Position numbers and translations under genes: made by a program | Shown: one piece after another, positions 18,804-29,556 of the stretch | Layout of the letters: each line of letters starts with the position of its first letter | Position numbering within the stretch: the stretch's first letter is position 1 | Source of the DNA: Candidatus Omnitrophota bacterium | Lineage (GTDB): Bacteria > Omnitrophota > Gorgyraeia > Zapsychrales > Zapsychraceae | Reading direction: 5' to 3' | DNA: 64,000 bases | NCBI GenBank assembly: GCA_015233495.1 | Contig: JADFXQ010000002.1 | Coordinates: 34,390 to 98,389 of the forward strand | Notes under the pieces: model-generated | What the model was told of the DNA's origin: nothing | Database searches by the model: none | The model's input: the letters and a program-made list of their open reading frames with translations, nothing else

Positions 18804-20788
18804 AAAAATTTACTGTGGTTTGCGATGGCCGCGACGTTTTTTTATCGGTAATGCCCGGGGCGATGGCTTCTCCCGCGGCATTTGATATTTTATTGTTATC
18901 TGCCCAAAGCGATTTGCGGCCGTTCATCCAGGATTTTTGTTCTAACCACGCCCAGACAGCGTGCCGCTTTTTGGACAATACCGGCCGGATCGCGGACTGC
19001 CAAAATGATTTTACCGTCCGTTATGCCCGTTTTATCGCAGGATTTTCGCGTCAATTGCGACAGCAATCCGCCCCGCAGCTGGAGACCTATTTTTCCGTTA
19101 ACCCAGACTTTTCTTTGTGGTGGCCCAGCTTAGTTTATGAGAAGAGTCCTTTAAAGACGGATGTGTTTCGTCGTTTGTTTTTGATCGAGTCCGTTATCAA
19201 AGCTTGCGAAGATGCCCCGCGTCCGAATGTGATTCTGGCAGTTGCGGATCAAGAAGTGCGGGAGGTATTGGCGCGTTATTTTCTAAAGGCGGGGCTGAAC
19301 GTCATCCAGCCGCCCAACTCCGCCGGAGCAAAAATCCGGAAATGGATAAAAAACCTATTCAATTATTGGCGCGACCACTGGCAAGGGCTGGCCTGTATTC
19401 TTAGGGAAATCAAATGGAATCGGTTGACTCGGAATTTGCTGCGCCGTACCCTGCGCCCCCAACATGGAGATGTTCTTTTGGTGACGTATTATCCGGCGAT
19501 GGATCTGCAACAGGCGCGCTCGGGCGTTTATCAGAATGATTATTTTAACCCTTTGCCGCAAGCCTTGGCTGCGGCAGGGAAAAAATGCGTTTGGTTAGCC
19601 ATTAACATTTACCATCCTAAAATCAGCCCGGCTGAGGGAATCCTTTTTGGAAAACAGTTAAACGCCGCGAACACCCCCTTTTATTTTTTGCACGAATTCA
19701 TTTCTTTGCCGATGATCGCCCGGTCCGTTTTTCAAAATTTTCGGCTGGCGCGAAAATTGCGCCGCATTCAGCGGCAGGTTGATCAGGCGTTTGATGAGTG
19801 GCGCCCGGGAGCTTATGCCGTGGTTAAAGAGGATTGGGAAAGTTCTTTTGGCGGCATTGTCGGGTTTAAGAACATCTTATTCGGTTACGCGTTTCAAAAA
19901 GCCTTTAGTTATTTATCCGCGGCCAAATGTCTTTATCCCTTGGAAATGAGCGGCTGGGAAAAAACGATGCTCGCGGCCAATCAAACTCAAGGACGGATGA
20001 CCGCGTTTGGTTATCAGCATTCTACAGTCTCGCCGATGTGGATGAGCAATTATTTTTCCGGCGCCGAGCATACTGCGCGGCCTTGTCCCCGTCCCGATCA
20101 TATTTTATGCAATGGGCCGAGAACCGCGGCGTTGTTTCAGCAGCGTTTTGGTTGGGCCGCCCGCGACCTCAATGTGGTGGAAGCGGTGCGTTATTTTTCA
20201 TTGATCCCTTTGCTGCGTGAACCGCTGCGGGAAAAAAAACCGGCGGTGCTTTTCGCCTTGTCGCTCATTGAAAAAGAAGCGCGGGTATTTATTAAAATAG
20301 GGTTAGCCTATGCCCGGAGGCAGAATGCCTATCCGGTTTGGTTTAAATTTCATCCGCTGATGCCCATCGAACCAATTTTAAAATCAATGGGTTTGAGCTC
20401 GGCGAACGTCCCCTTTGAAATCAAACAAGAGCCGATCGCGGCGCTTTTAGAGCAGGCGAAAGTCGTGGTAGTCGGCCAGACCGGAGTGGCTTTGCAGGCG
20501 GTCGCGCAAGGCTGCCGGGTGATCAATTTGCGGTCGCTGGATTTTTTCAATTTGCCGGCAATCGATTCCGGGGAATCGTTTCTCGTCGGCCAGGCAGGTT
20601 CTTTGGAAGAACTGACGCTTGGCGTTGAACGTCGTATGCGGCAGCAGGAAGACCCGAGCGCGGTTGATCAGGAAAGGCGCCGGGTGATCGGCAGTTTCTT
20701 TTTATTGCCGCCGGATCCGGATCAGGTGAATGCTTTCGCGCAACATCTGTTTAGGCGCTCCTCGGAGAAGGGTCAGGGCATATTATAA
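18800..20788 (+). CDS. hypothetical large transferase-like protein (paralog family member 3)
   Basis: 662 aa. Its C-terminal region (YFSG...NGP...AVLFALS) resembles the FSWG...NP...LLFIGT pattern of genes 2489 and 4317. ATGA overlap with the upstream gene. Confidence 0.4.
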   Translation: MKKFTVVCDGRDVFLSVMPGAMASPAAFDILLLSAQSDLRPFIQDFCSNHAQTACRFLDNTGRIADCQNDFTVRYARFIAGFSRQLRQQSAPQLETYFSVNPDFSLWWPSLVYEKSPLKTDVFRRLFLIESVIKACEDAPRPNVILAVADQEVREVLARYFLKAGLNVIQPPNSAGAKIRKWIKNLFNYWRDHWQGLACILREIKWNRLTRNLLRRTLRPQHGDVLLVTYYPAMDLQQARSGVYQNDYFNPLPQALAAAGKKCVWLAINIYHPKISPAEGILFGKQLNAANTPFYFLHEFISLPMIARSVFQNFRLARKLRRIQRQVDQAFDEWRPGAYAVVKEDWESSFGGIVGFKNILFGYAFQKAFSYLSAAKCLYPLEMSGWEKTMLAANQTQGRMTAFGYQHSTVSPMWMSNYFSGAEHTARPCPRPDHILCNGPRTAALFQQRFGWAARDLNVVEAVRYFSLIPLLREPLREKKPAVLFALSLIEKEARVFIKIGLAYARRQNAYPVWFKFHPLMPIEPILKSMGLSSANVPFEIKQEPIAALLEQAKVVVVGQTGVALQAVAQGCRVINLRSLDFFNLPAIDSGESFLVGQAGSLEELTLGVERRMRQQEDPSAVDQERRRVIGSFFLLPPDPDQVNAFAQHLFRRSSEKGQGIL

Positions 20789-22617
20789 ACATAGAGGGTA
20801 GATAAATCGAATTTTTTGACGAAACGCGCCGGAGTGTAAGGCGCGAGTATCGGGTTATTTCTGATGGACGCCGCTAAATCCTGTCCGGCTTCTTCATTGA
20901 TGAGGAAAAATAACCGTTTCATCTGCTTGGGTTCAAACGTCGCGGGACAGAGCGTTTTTGAGTCTAATATTTCCGAGTCGGAAATCAACGGCGCGGTTGG
21001 GACAAGGTAATAATGAAAATAGTAGATAAGCGGGGTGTCCGAAGGTTGTTCGGAATAAATACGGTCCCCCGGCCGGAGTTCATTTTTAAAGAAGAGCGCG
21101 ATCTGCTTCACGTCTTTTAATTGATCGATGTTGAACGCGAGGGAATTTTTTTGATAGACCAGAACCGCGAGATAAACACAGAGAAAGAGGGGCAAGAGAG
21201 CGGCGGCGGGTTGGAGCAAGGTTGAACCCCGGGGGAGAATTTTCCGCGCGGCAGTTTTGGCCAGCTCCACAATCCCGGCCGACGCATGCGTAAAAAATAG
21301 TGGCAGTAAATATAGCCAATAGCGCCCGTAGGGAAGAAAATACCAAATCATGCTATGAATCGTCGCCAGCAGAGTGAAAAGCACCGGCCAAAAAAGAATT
21401 TTGCTTTGGCCCATTTTGCGGCTGCGGCATAAAAAAACTATAAAACCTATTCCTAAAAGCCAGACAATTCCCCGGGGTATGTCCAGAGTAAAATCGGCGA
21501 AAATTTTGCTCAAAGCGGCGCGGAGCGTTTCGATGTAGCGGGAGAAATCATTGGCGCTGAACGACAGTTTAAGTTGGTCGTATTTTAATAAAGCGTGGAC
21601 AATCAGGATAGGGCAGTAGAGGGTCAAGCTAAGACCCGCGGTAGCGGCGATAGAGGCGAACCAATAACGGATGAATTTTTTATCATCATCTCGAATGTCG
21701 CGGACTTGATATGATAGAATAAGCCACGCGTAAAGGGTGACCGCGGGATACAGCATTACCGGAACAGTGAAAAGCCCGAGAGAAAAGACTAAGCTCAAAC
21801 ACAGCCATTTGAGCAATGACGCGGGCGAACGCCGGATGCTTTCCGCGAGAAATATCCCGAGGAGGAAAAAGACACAGATCAGGATATGTCCGCGGGCATT
21901 GGTCGTATATTGAATGATTTTTGTCGACGTGGCGACCAGCGCCATAGCCCAAAGTCCGGTGGTTTTGCCGAACAGATAACGGGCAAAGGCATAAGTGATG
22001 ACAACCAGACTGGTTCCGAAACAAAAAGCCGGCAGTCGGATGACCCAAGGTTGGTCGCCGAACAGCACATAAGCGATATGGACCAGCAAGGTGTGCAATA
22101 CATGGTTGTTTTGAAATTTGTACCACAAAAGAGGTTGGTAGAAAGGCCGAACCGCGTATTTTAAAAAGGTATAAACCTCGTCGTTATATAGCGGCGTGGA
22201 AAAAAGATAGTGGAGGCGCAAGCCGAAAGCGATCAATAATATCAGGAAAAAAGCGCCGCGATGAATGCCCGCTTCCGGCGAAAGGAAATCACCGGCACTT
22301 TGGGCGCTCCATTTTAAGGAAGCGGAAAAATCATCGCGCAGTTGCCGCAGGATTTTGCGGATGCGCGCCCGAAAATGGAAAATTAACGCCAGACCAAGAC
22401 TGGCGGTTAAGAGCAAGGATTTTAATAACCAAATGATTTTGGCAGCCGTACCCGCTTGGAACAAAGAGCGCTTATTGGCTGGTATGGCAGCGGAAAAACG
22501 TTCGATGATTTTCGCGTAAAAGACGTGGGGCGCGCAATTGATAAGCAACAGGATCAGCAAAGGAATGCCGAGCCAGCCCAGAATCGACCCGAAAGGAATA
22601 TGTTTTTTTGACATCAT
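20773..22617 (-). CDS. GT-C fold membrane glycosyltransferase (ArnT/PMT-like)
   Basis: 614 aa with many predicted TM helices. PLYNDEVYTF is the DE-type motif in the first extracytoplasmic loop typical of GT39/GT83. Its 3' end overlaps the convergent gene 18800-20788 by 16 nt. Confidence 0.5.
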   Translation of the reverse strand: MMSKKHIPFGSILGWLGIPLLILLLINCAPHVFYAKIIERFSAAIPANKRSLFQAGTAAKIIWLLKSLLLTASLGLALIFHFRARIRKILRQLRDDFSASLKWSAQSAGDFLSPEAGIHRGAFFLILLIAFGLRLHYLFSTPLYNDEVYTFLKYAVRPFYQPLLWYKFQNNHVLHTLLVHIAYVLFGDQPWVIRLPAFCFGTSLVVITYAFARYLFGKTTGLWAMALVATSTKIIQYTTNARGHILICVFFLLGIFLAESIRRSPASLLKWLCLSLVFSLGLFTVPVMLYPAVTLYAWLILSYQVRDIRDDDKKFIRYWFASIAATAGLSLTLYCPILIVHALLKYDQLKLSFSANDFSRYIETLRAALSKIFADFTLDIPRGIVWLLGIGFIVFLCRSRKMGQSKILFWPVLFTLLATIHSMIWYFLPYGRYWLYLLPLFFTHASAGIVELAKTAARKILPRGSTLLQPAAALLPLFLCVYLAVLVYQKNSLAFNIDQLKDVKQIALFFKNELRPGDRIYSEQPSDTPLIYYFHYYLVPTAPLISDSEILDSKTLCPATFEPKQMKRLFFLINEEAGQDLAASIRNNPILAPYTPARFVKKFDLSTLYVYNMP

Positions 22618-22749
22618 GGCGGAAGCGAAAATTAAATTTTAGTGATGTAAGAACGCGTCTTTACTTTAGCGATTTTTAAGGGATTTTCAAATTATTATTT
22701 CGAGTTTTAAAACCCAACGAACGCCAGCCAGATCAGGGGGGCAAAGCGT

Positions 22750-23652
22750 ATGCCGGTTTTTTCGGTTATCGTGCCGACTTACAACTACGGCCATTTTATC
22801 GGCCGGGCGATTCAGTCAGTTTTAGATCAGACATTCCCGGATTTTGAATTGATTATTGTGGATTTATTTTCGATAGATGATACCGCGCGGATTGTCCGGG
22901 GATTTGCCGATCCCCGCATCCGATTCTATCAGGCGCGAGTCGGCGCGGGGTTTATCGCGGCGCTGCGTAACGCGGGCATTCAACGGGCAGCCGGAGAATA
23001 TATTGCTTTTTTAGACGCGGACGATCTGTGGTTTCCGGAGAAATTGGCGGCGGTGGAACGTTTTTTTTCCGCGGATCCCCGACGGGATTTGGTGTGCCAT
23101 GATGAAGAATGGGTATATGCCGACGGCCGTAAAGAGCGGATAGCCTATGGTCCGCAGCAGACGTTTGCCCAATTGCTTTTTCAAGGCAACAGCTTATCAA
23201 CGTCCGCGGTCACGGTGCGGCGGGAAACCTTGTTCGGGTCCGGGTTGTTTTCGGAAAAGCCGGAATATACGGGCGTGGAGGATTATGAATTGTGGCTGCG
23301 CGTCGCGCGGCAGGCCAAGATTGATTTTTTGCATATGTCTTTAGGACAATGTGTGGTACACGCGGGATCGATTTCACGGCGGGTTGAACAAATGGCCCAG
23401 AACACTGCTTGTGTTATCCGCGATCAATACGCGCTGCTTCCTGACACAGTCGGCAACCGTTTGCGGCTGCGCATCCGGCAGGCGGAGATCTTGCGTCAAG
23501 CCGCCCGGGATTTGTTAAAAATAAATGAGAACCGTTCTGCGGCTCAGGCGGCTTGGCGCGCCTGGCAGCTGAATCCCGTCGGCCTAAAGATCGGTTATAC
23601 GCTGCTGCGGTCAGGGTGGCGGCAGATAAAAATGCAAAGGAACCTTTTTTAA
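22750..23652 (+). CDS. glycosyltransferase family 2
   Basis: VIVPTYNYGHFIGRAIQSVLDQTFPDFELIIVD and FLDADD (DXD) motifs. Confidence 0.75.
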   Translation: MPVFSVIVPTYNYGHFIGRAIQSVLDQTFPDFELIIVDLFSIDDTARIVRGFADPRIRFYQARVGAGFIAALRNAGIQRAAGEYIAFLDADDLWFPEKLAAVERFFSADPRRDLVCHDEEWVYADGRKERIAYGPQQTFAQLLFQGNSLSTSAVTVRRETLFGSGLFSEKPEYTGVEDYELWLRVARQAKIDFLHMSLGQCVVHAGSISRRVEQMAQNTACVIRDQYALLPDTVGNRLRLRIRQAEILRQAARDLLKINENRSAAQAAWRAWQLNPVGLKIGYTLLRSGWRQIKMQRNLF

Positions 23653-23674
23653 ATAGGAAATGAAATTTTAGGCA

Positions 23675-24688
23675 ATGATGAAAAAAACAGTATATTCTTT
23701 TTTGGACCGCATCGGGTGCGGCTATGCGTGGCGCGGGATTTTTGAAAGAACCAGCCTGCCGGTTTTGGCATATCATCGCGTCGCGCCTTGGGATCCGGGA
23801 TCTGTTTTGGCGCCGGCTATGGTGGTTCAACCCGAGGATTTTGCCCGGCAGATGGAGTATCTGGCCCGCAATTACCTGGCGCTTGACGGCGAGGGGTTTG
23901 CCAAAGCTTTGGCGCAAAAAAAAATTCCGCCGCGCAGCGCTTTGGTGACGTTTGATGACGCTTATGAAGACAATTACCGTTATGCTTTCCCGATTTTAAA
24001 AAAATTTTCCGTCCCGGCGGTCGTTTTCGTGCCGACGGCGTTTATTGAAACCGGCAAATCGTTTTTCTGGGATGAGGTGGATGCTTTGATTTCGGGGTGT
24101 CAGATTCCGAAAGTCCGCTTTGATTTTAACGGGCAAACCTGGACTTTCGATCTGAGCAGTCCGAGCGCTAAGTTGGAAGTTATACTGAAAATCTGTCCTT
24201 TGGTTAAAACCTTTAACGAAAACGACGGGGAATTGTTTTTAAACCGCCTCAGTTCTTTTGTCGGCGTTGCCCGGATTTCGAAAGCCGGCGGTTTATTGTC
24301 CTGGGAGCAGATGCGCGCGATGCGGGCGCAAGGGGTGGCTTTTGGCGGACATACACATCGGCATTTGAACCTGGCCCGGTTATCTCCGGCGGAAATCCAG
24401 CAAGAACTGCGAATCTCCACGCGTATTTTGGATGAGCAATTGGCGCAAAAAACGGTTTTGTTTGCCTATCCTTTTGGCGCTGAGACCGATATTCCGGCGG
24501 CGGCGCCGGCTTGGCTGTCGGCGGCGGGATATCAGGCCGCGTTTTCTTTGTCTTCGGGGTTGATGCGGCCCGGTGACCGCCCGTTTTTGTTAAGACGCAT
24601 CGGCATTGGGGGCGGGGATACCGAGGATATTTTCCGGTTAAAACTGTCCGGCATTTTATCGTTTTTGGCAAAGTTGAAAAATTCATGA
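23675..24688 (+). CDS. polysaccharide deacetylase (NodB homology domain)
   Basis: ALVTFDDAYEDNY..PAVVFV is the NodB motif 1/2 pattern (TFDD). A His-containing motif lies downstream (GGHTHRH). Confidence 0.7.
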   Translation: MMKKTVYSFLDRIGCGYAWRGIFERTSLPVLAYHRVAPWDPGSVLAPAMVVQPEDFARQMEYLARNYLALDGEGFAKALAQKKIPPRSALVTFDDAYEDNYRYAFPILKKFSVPAVVFVPTAFIETGKSFFWDEVDALISGCQIPKVRFDFNGQTWTFDLSSPSAKLEVILKICPLVKTFNENDGELFLNRLSSFVGVARISKAGGLLSWEQMRAMRAQGVAFGGHTHRHLNLARLSPAEIQQELRISTRILDEQLAQKTVLFAYPFGAETDIPAAAPAWLSAAGYQAAFSLSSGLMRPGDRPFLLRRIGIGGGDTEDIFRLKLSGILSFLAKLKNS

Positions 24689-25782
24689 ACCTTAAGATCA
24701 GAATCGCGCGAACCAACGAAGAATTCGCGGCCCTGCGTCCAGCCTGGGACAAAATGACGCGGAGTTCGCCGCAAAATATTTTTTTAGAATTCGATTGGCT
24801 TTTTACCTGGTGGAAGCATTTCGGCGCGAAAAGGAAATTATTTGTGGTCGTCGCCCAAAAAGCCCGCGAGCCGGCGCTGCTGCTTCCATTGGTTGTCAAA
24901 GATTTTTTGGGTTTCCGCTGTTTAGAATTTTTATCGTCGGAAATCGCCGATTATGAAGGCCTGCTATCCGGCGAGCCTCCGGAATCGCTTCCGGAAATTT
25001 TGGATCAGGTTTTGCGCGGGTTAGCGCAGGAACCCGGATGGGATATCCTGCGTTTGCGCAAAATTCGGGAAACTGCCGGGGATTTTCCCGCTTGGCAGGC
25101 GCTGGCCGCGGCGCCGCGTCCGGGATATCTTTTGGGGATCGGCCGCCACAAAGAAGGCGCGCCGTTTATCCCGATTCGCCAGACCTGGGAGGAATATCTG
25201 CGGGTATCCCCGCCGAAATTTCTCAAACATATTCACCGGCAGTGGAAACGTTTAGAAAGCAGCGCAGCCGTCAAAATCACGTTGGAAACACCCGACATTG
25301 CCGAATTTTTTCAAGTTTTGCGCCAGCAGCATATCGCGCGCCGCCAGGCCAATGGCCAGAGCAGTTTTTTTTGCCGGGGTCCTTACTTGGAGTTTTTTAC
25401 CGAACTGGCGCATTTGTGGCAGAATAAAAAATGGATGTGGCTGAGCGCTTTGACCTGTCAAGGCCGGCCAGCGGCTGCGTTGCTGAGTTTTTGTTACGGC
25501 CGGCAGCTGGGATATTTTGCTCCGGCGTTTGACGATCAATTTGAAAAATATTCCGTGAGCCGTATTTTGACGCAGGCAGTATTACGCGAAAGTTTTGAGC
25601 GCCGGTTGGCGAGTTTTGATTTTATGCTGGGAGAGGAAAATTACAAATTTGATTGGAGCCCGGCGGTTATGCCGCTGAATTATGTCCACGCGGCGCCGCC
25701 GACGTGGCGAGGGCGGGCGGCTTGGCAATTGTTTCATCGACTCATGATTGCTTATAAAAAGAAACGAGGATTAGCCTGGTGA
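24685..25782 (+). CDS. GNAT/FemAB-like acyltransferase (CelD/BcsL-like)
   Basis: 365 aa. Recognition is only by overall family resemblance (the N-terminal ...EFDWLFTWW region) plus its context next to a deacetylase and glycosyltransferases. Confidence 0.45.
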   Translation: MNLKIRIARTNEEFAALRPAWDKMTRSSPQNIFLEFDWLFTWWKHFGAKRKLFVVVAQKAREPALLLPLVVKDFLGFRCLEFLSSEIADYEGLLSGEPPESLPEILDQVLRGLAQEPGWDILRLRKIRETAGDFPAWQALAAAPRPGYLLGIGRHKEGAPFIPIRQTWEEYLRVSPPKFLKHIHRQWKRLESSAAVKITLETPDIAEFFQVLRQQHIARRQANGQSSFFCRGPYLEFFTELAHLWQNKKWMWLSALTCQGRPAAALLSFCYGRQLGYFAPAFDDQFEKYSVSRILTQAVLRESFERRLASFDFMLGEENYKFDWSPAVMPLNYVHAAPPTWRGRAAWQLFHRLMIAYKKKRGLAW

Positions 25783-26915
25783 AACGGATTCTTTTGGTCT
25801 GCACAGGGTTGAACGATTTAGGCGGGGCAAACACCCATTTGGCTAGTCTTTACCGGGAGCTTTCCTCTCGGTACGCGGTAACCCTGGTTTTATGCTCTTC
25901 AGTGGAAAATGAGCTGCGGACAGCCTTGAGGCGCGCGGGGATCGCGGCAAATGACGTATTGTTTATACCCCGATATAAAAAGCGGTTAATTTTTCCATTG
26001 GTTGCCGCTTTGGCGGGGGTGTTCCGTGATTTACAGCCTCAGGTGGTGCATTCGTTTCATTTGCAGTCGGATATTTTTTGCGGTTGCGCCGCGAAAATAG
26101 CTCGGGTGCCGAGCCTGTTTTCCTATTTTGAATCGCGGCCTTTAGTTGAGAATACGGGATGGCTGAAAAAATATTTTTATCGCGTCATGAATGCGGTGGT
26201 CAAAAAAGAATTTAGCGCGACAGTCGCGGTATCGGCCGGGATAAAAAAAGAACTTGTCGACGGTCAATGGCGGGACGCGGATAAAATTACCGTGATTTAT
26301 CTTGGCGTTAAGCTGCCCGTTCAGGTTGAGGAGATGGATGCCGGCCGGTTTGCGGCAGGCCGACTGCGCATCGGAACGATTGGCCGCTTGAGTCCGGAAA
26401 AAGGTTTGGACCGGGCAATTCGGGCGTTTGCTTTGGCGAGCGCCGCGCTTGGGCAAGCGGAATTGATTATTTGGGGGGAAGGGACAGCGCGGCCGGATTT
26501 GTTAAAGCTATGCCGTGATTTGAACATCGAGGCAAAGGTCCATTTTTATGGCTGGGCCAGACAGCCGCGGCAAGCCTTGGCGGACTTGGATATTTTTTTA
26601 ATGCCTTCGCTGCGCGAGGGATGCCCGACCGCTTTATTGGAAGCCCTGTCTTTAAAACGTCCGGTGATTGCCTCCGATATCCCGGGGATCAATGAGATCA
26701 TTATCAACGGACAAAATGGTCTGTTGGCGGATACCGCAGATGCAGATCAGTTTGCCGCCGCTATTACGGTCTTAGCGCAAAATTTCAGCCGGGCCCAGGC
26801 ATTGGGAGAAGCCGGGTATCAAACGGTTTTACGCAAATTTATGGTCCAGCAAGAAATGGACCAATTAACCGCCTTATACGAATCGGGATGCCATGAAGAT
26901 TTTGGTCGCGCATAA
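25779..26915 (+). CDS. glycosyltransferase family 4 (GT-B)
   Basis: C-terminal EGCPTALLEALSLKRPVIASDIPG (EX7E motif). Confidence 0.75.
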   Translation: MKRILLVCTGLNDLGGANTHLASLYRELSSRYAVTLVLCSSVENELRTALRRAGIAANDVLFIPRYKKRLIFPLVAALAGVFRDLQPQVVHSFHLQSDIFCGCAAKIARVPSLFSYFESRPLVENTGWLKKYFYRVMNAVVKKEFSATVAVSAGIKKELVDGQWRDADKITVIYLGVKLPVQVEEMDAGRFAAGRLRIGTIGRLSPEKGLDRAIRAFALASAALGQAELIIWGEGTARPDLLKLCRDLNIEAKVHFYGWARQPRQALADLDIFLMPSLREGCPTALLEALSLKRPVIASDIPGINEIIINGQNGLLADTADADQFAAAITVLAQNFSRAQALGEAGYQTVLRKFMVQQEMDQLTALYESGCHEDFGRA

Positions 26916-28065
26916 TTATTATTGCCAGCCCGGAGGAGAAGACCGGGTTTTTAAGGCGGAGACTGAACTGCTGCGGCAGGAGGGACACGCGGTTTTGGAA
27001 TATACCGATTCCAATGAGCGGACAAAGACGATGAGGCCCTGGCAAGTCGCGGCGGATTGTTTTTGGTCGGCGCGGACGCACCGCAGGATTGCCGCGTTTG
27101 TCCGAAAGGAAAAACCGGAGATCGCGCACTTTCATAATATTTTTCCTTTGATATCGCCTGCCGCCTACGACGCTTGCCTTAAAAACGGCGTGAAAGTTGT
27201 GCAGAGTTTGCATAATTCCCGCTTGATCTGTCCGGCCGCCCGGCTGTTTCGCGATGGTCGATATTGTGAGGATTGTTTGACCGCGCCGTTCGCTTGGCCG
27301 GGGATTCGTTGGGGGTGTTATCGTCATTCCCGGGTTCAAACCGCGATGGTGGCGCTGATGACCCGTTGGCACCGTTGGCGCCGGACTTGGCAGACGCAGG
27401 TGGACGCGTATATTGTTTTTACGGATTTTTATAAACAGCAGTGTGTGAAATGGGGATTGCCCGAAGAGAAAATATTTATCAAACCGCATTTTTTGCCGGC
27501 GGATCCTCTGGCGCGCGGGGTTCCGGCGGAGAAAATATTTTTGTTTGTGGGCCGATTGTCCGCAGACAAAGGCGTCCGCACCTTGTTGCAAGCTTGGCAG
27601 GGGGGAATGGACGATTTTTCCTTGGAAATAATTGGAAATGGAGATGACTTTGACCATTTACAAGCTATACTGAACCGAGAGAAAATGCTCACAGCGCGTT
27701 TGCTGGGCCAACAAAGTCCCGAAGAGGTTTATCGGCGGATGAAACAGGCTTCCGCCGTTGTTGTCCCGTCGGAAGTCACGGAAAGTTTCGGGATGGTCGC
27801 TTTGGAAGCGCTGGCTTGCGGGGTTCCGGTGATTGCCTCCGACCTCGGCGGTTTGGGGGAAATGATCCGCGGCACCGGAGCGGGTTTATTGTTCCCCGCG
27901 GGTGACGCGCAGTGTTTGCGGGAGCGGTTGGTCTGGGCTTCCCGGAATCCGGATCGAATGGAACTCATGGGTAAAACCGGACGGCGTTTATTCGAAGCGC
28001 GGTATGCCCGGCAGAGCAATGCGAACATTTTAACGGATATTTACCGCCAAGTCCTCTTTCCGTAA
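26893..28065 (+). CDS. glycosyltransferase family 4 (GT-B)
   Basis: ESFGMVALEALACGVPVIASDLGG EX7E motif. 390 aa. Confidence 0.75.
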   Translation: MKILVAHNYYCQPGGEDRVFKAETELLRQEGHAVLEYTDSNERTKTMRPWQVAADCFWSARTHRRIAAFVRKEKPEIAHFHNIFPLISPAAYDACLKNGVKVVQSLHNSRLICPAARLFRDGRYCEDCLTAPFAWPGIRWGCYRHSRVQTAMVALMTRWHRWRRTWQTQVDAYIVFTDFYKQQCVKWGLPEEKIFIKPHFLPADPLARGVPAEKIFLFVGRLSADKGVRTLLQAWQGGMDDFSLEIIGNGDDFDHLQAILNREKMLTARLLGQQSPEEVYRRMKQASAVVVPSEVTESFGMVALEALACGVPVIASDLGGLGEMIRGTGAGLLFPAGDAQCLRERLVWASRNPDRMELMGKTGRRLFEARYARQSNANILTDIYRQVLFP

Positions 28066-28072
28066 AATAAGG

Positions 28073-29554
28073 TTGGATATGCTGGTTAATAGTTCACAAA
28101 GTCAAAGAACAGTTCCTTTCTTGTCGGTTTTTATGCGGGAAATCTATGTTCCGTTTTGCCGCTGTTTATTTTTTGCCTATTTGCTCGCGATGATCAGTTT
28201 TGGCCGAACTTTCGCTTTGCAGCGGATTCATCTCAACGGTTTTCCGATATTTGTGACGGAAATTTTGCTTTTCTTTTGCCTTCCAGTAATTTTGATAGGG
28301 ATACGGCGGTTGGGGAGAATAGGTTTGCCTGGCTTTTTTATAACCGCAGTAGGGTTATTTTTTCTTTTAACCGGCGCGCATTTCATCGGAGCTTTATGGC
28401 ACCAACACAACTATGCGTTTCGGGATTCCATTTTGGGACTTTACATCCTTTTTGTGCCTTTGACTGTGGGCTTGAGCGAAAATAAATCGGGAAACGGCTG
28501 GATTTATTATATTTTTGCCGCCAATATCATCAGCTTGATTTTGGGAAGAATCATGGTTGACTTTTTTATTTATGGAGAAAAAATTTATTTTTTTTCCAAT
28601 TTTATTAAACCAGTGATTTTTAGTCTCAAGGGGTCTCAAGTCTGTCTTTATTACAATTTTGTTTGCGCCTTGCTGCTTTTTATGATCTTTTTAGGAAAAA
28701 AAGGTTTGTCTCGGTTTTTGTGTGTCCTTTTACTGAGTATGAATTTGTATATGTTATATTTCATGATATGCCGGGCCGCGTGGCTCGCCGCGTTTATTTT
28801 GATTATTTTCTGCGGTTTTATTTTTTGGAAAAAAGAAAATTGGCGGACGTGGGGCACAATTGCGGGTTTGTTTATTCTGTTTATAGCGTTGTTTTTTTCT
28901 TACGATATTTATATTCGGAAAATAAACACTTCCCAGTTTGCTTTAGCGAAAATAAATAGTTTTTGGTACGAGGACAAGATTGATTCGAATTTTAAAAACC
29001 TGCCGGAACCCAGTTGCGCGAACCCAGTGACCCCGCAAGAAAAACAGGAGATCAGCAATCATTTTGCCGCTATTGTTAAAATGGGATCTTTTGCTTCGGT
29101 CAGTTGGCGATTTGATATATACCGGAGGTACATTGCTTTGGGGATGGAATCGCCGATTTGGGGAAGCGGTTTTGGGGTTTATCCGAATTTTACCGGTTTA
29201 GCTGATATGGTGATCAATCCGGACAATATCGAAGGATTTTTTATTCAATCACTGGTGACTCCAGCGCACAATGAATTGGTGTCGCTTTTTGCCAAGGTGG
29301 GGTTGTTCGGCATTTTGCTTTTTTTGGTGATCAATATTTACGTCTGGAACGAGGGCTTAAGATTATTTCGTGCCGCCCTGCCGCAGGAAAAAATCATATT
29401 AGGCGCGTGTTTAGGGTGTATTTTGGTCTGGCACGTCATGGCTTTAACTTTCGACATTATTGATTCTCCGCCTACCAATTATATTTTATGGGTATTGATC
29501 GGGGTAATTTTGTCTAAGCGGGGGTTTATAGAAAAATCAGCGAAAGAGGCATAG
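28073..29554 (+). CDS. O-antigen ligase/polymerase family membrane protein (Wzy_C-like)
   Basis: Multi-TM protein carrying AHNELVSLFAKVGLFGILLF, which resembles the Wzy_C/O-antigen ligase signature. Confidence 0.55.
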   Translation: MDMLVNSSQSQRTVPFLSVFMREIYVPFCRCLFFAYLLAMISFGRTFALQRIHLNGFPIFVTEILLFFCLPVILIGIRRLGRIGLPGFFITAVGLFFLLTGAHFIGALWHQHNYAFRDSILGLYILFVPLTVGLSENKSGNGWIYYIFAANIISLILGRIMVDFFIYGEKIYFFSNFIKPVIFSLKGSQVCLYYNFVCALLLFMIFLGKKGLSRFLCVLLLSMNLYMLYFMICRAAWLAAFILIIFCGFIFWKKENWRTWGTIAGLFILFIALFFSYDIYIRKINTSQFALAKINSFWYEDKIDSNFKNLPEPSCANPVTPQEKQEISNHFAAIVKMGSFASVSWRFDIYRRYIALGMESPIWGSGFGVYPNFTGLADMVINPDNIEGFFIQSLVTPAHNELVSLFAKVGLFGILLFLVINIYVWNEGLRLFRAALPQEKIILGACLGCILVWHVMALTFDIIDSPPTNYILWVLIGVILSKRGFIEKSAKEA

Positions 29555-29556
29555 CG

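Noticed and set aside
28156-28959. Small ORFs (28156..28485, 28663..28959, 28394..28639-) inside the Wzy-like gene
   Set aside because: Alternative-frame artefacts within a hydrophobic membrane-protein gene.
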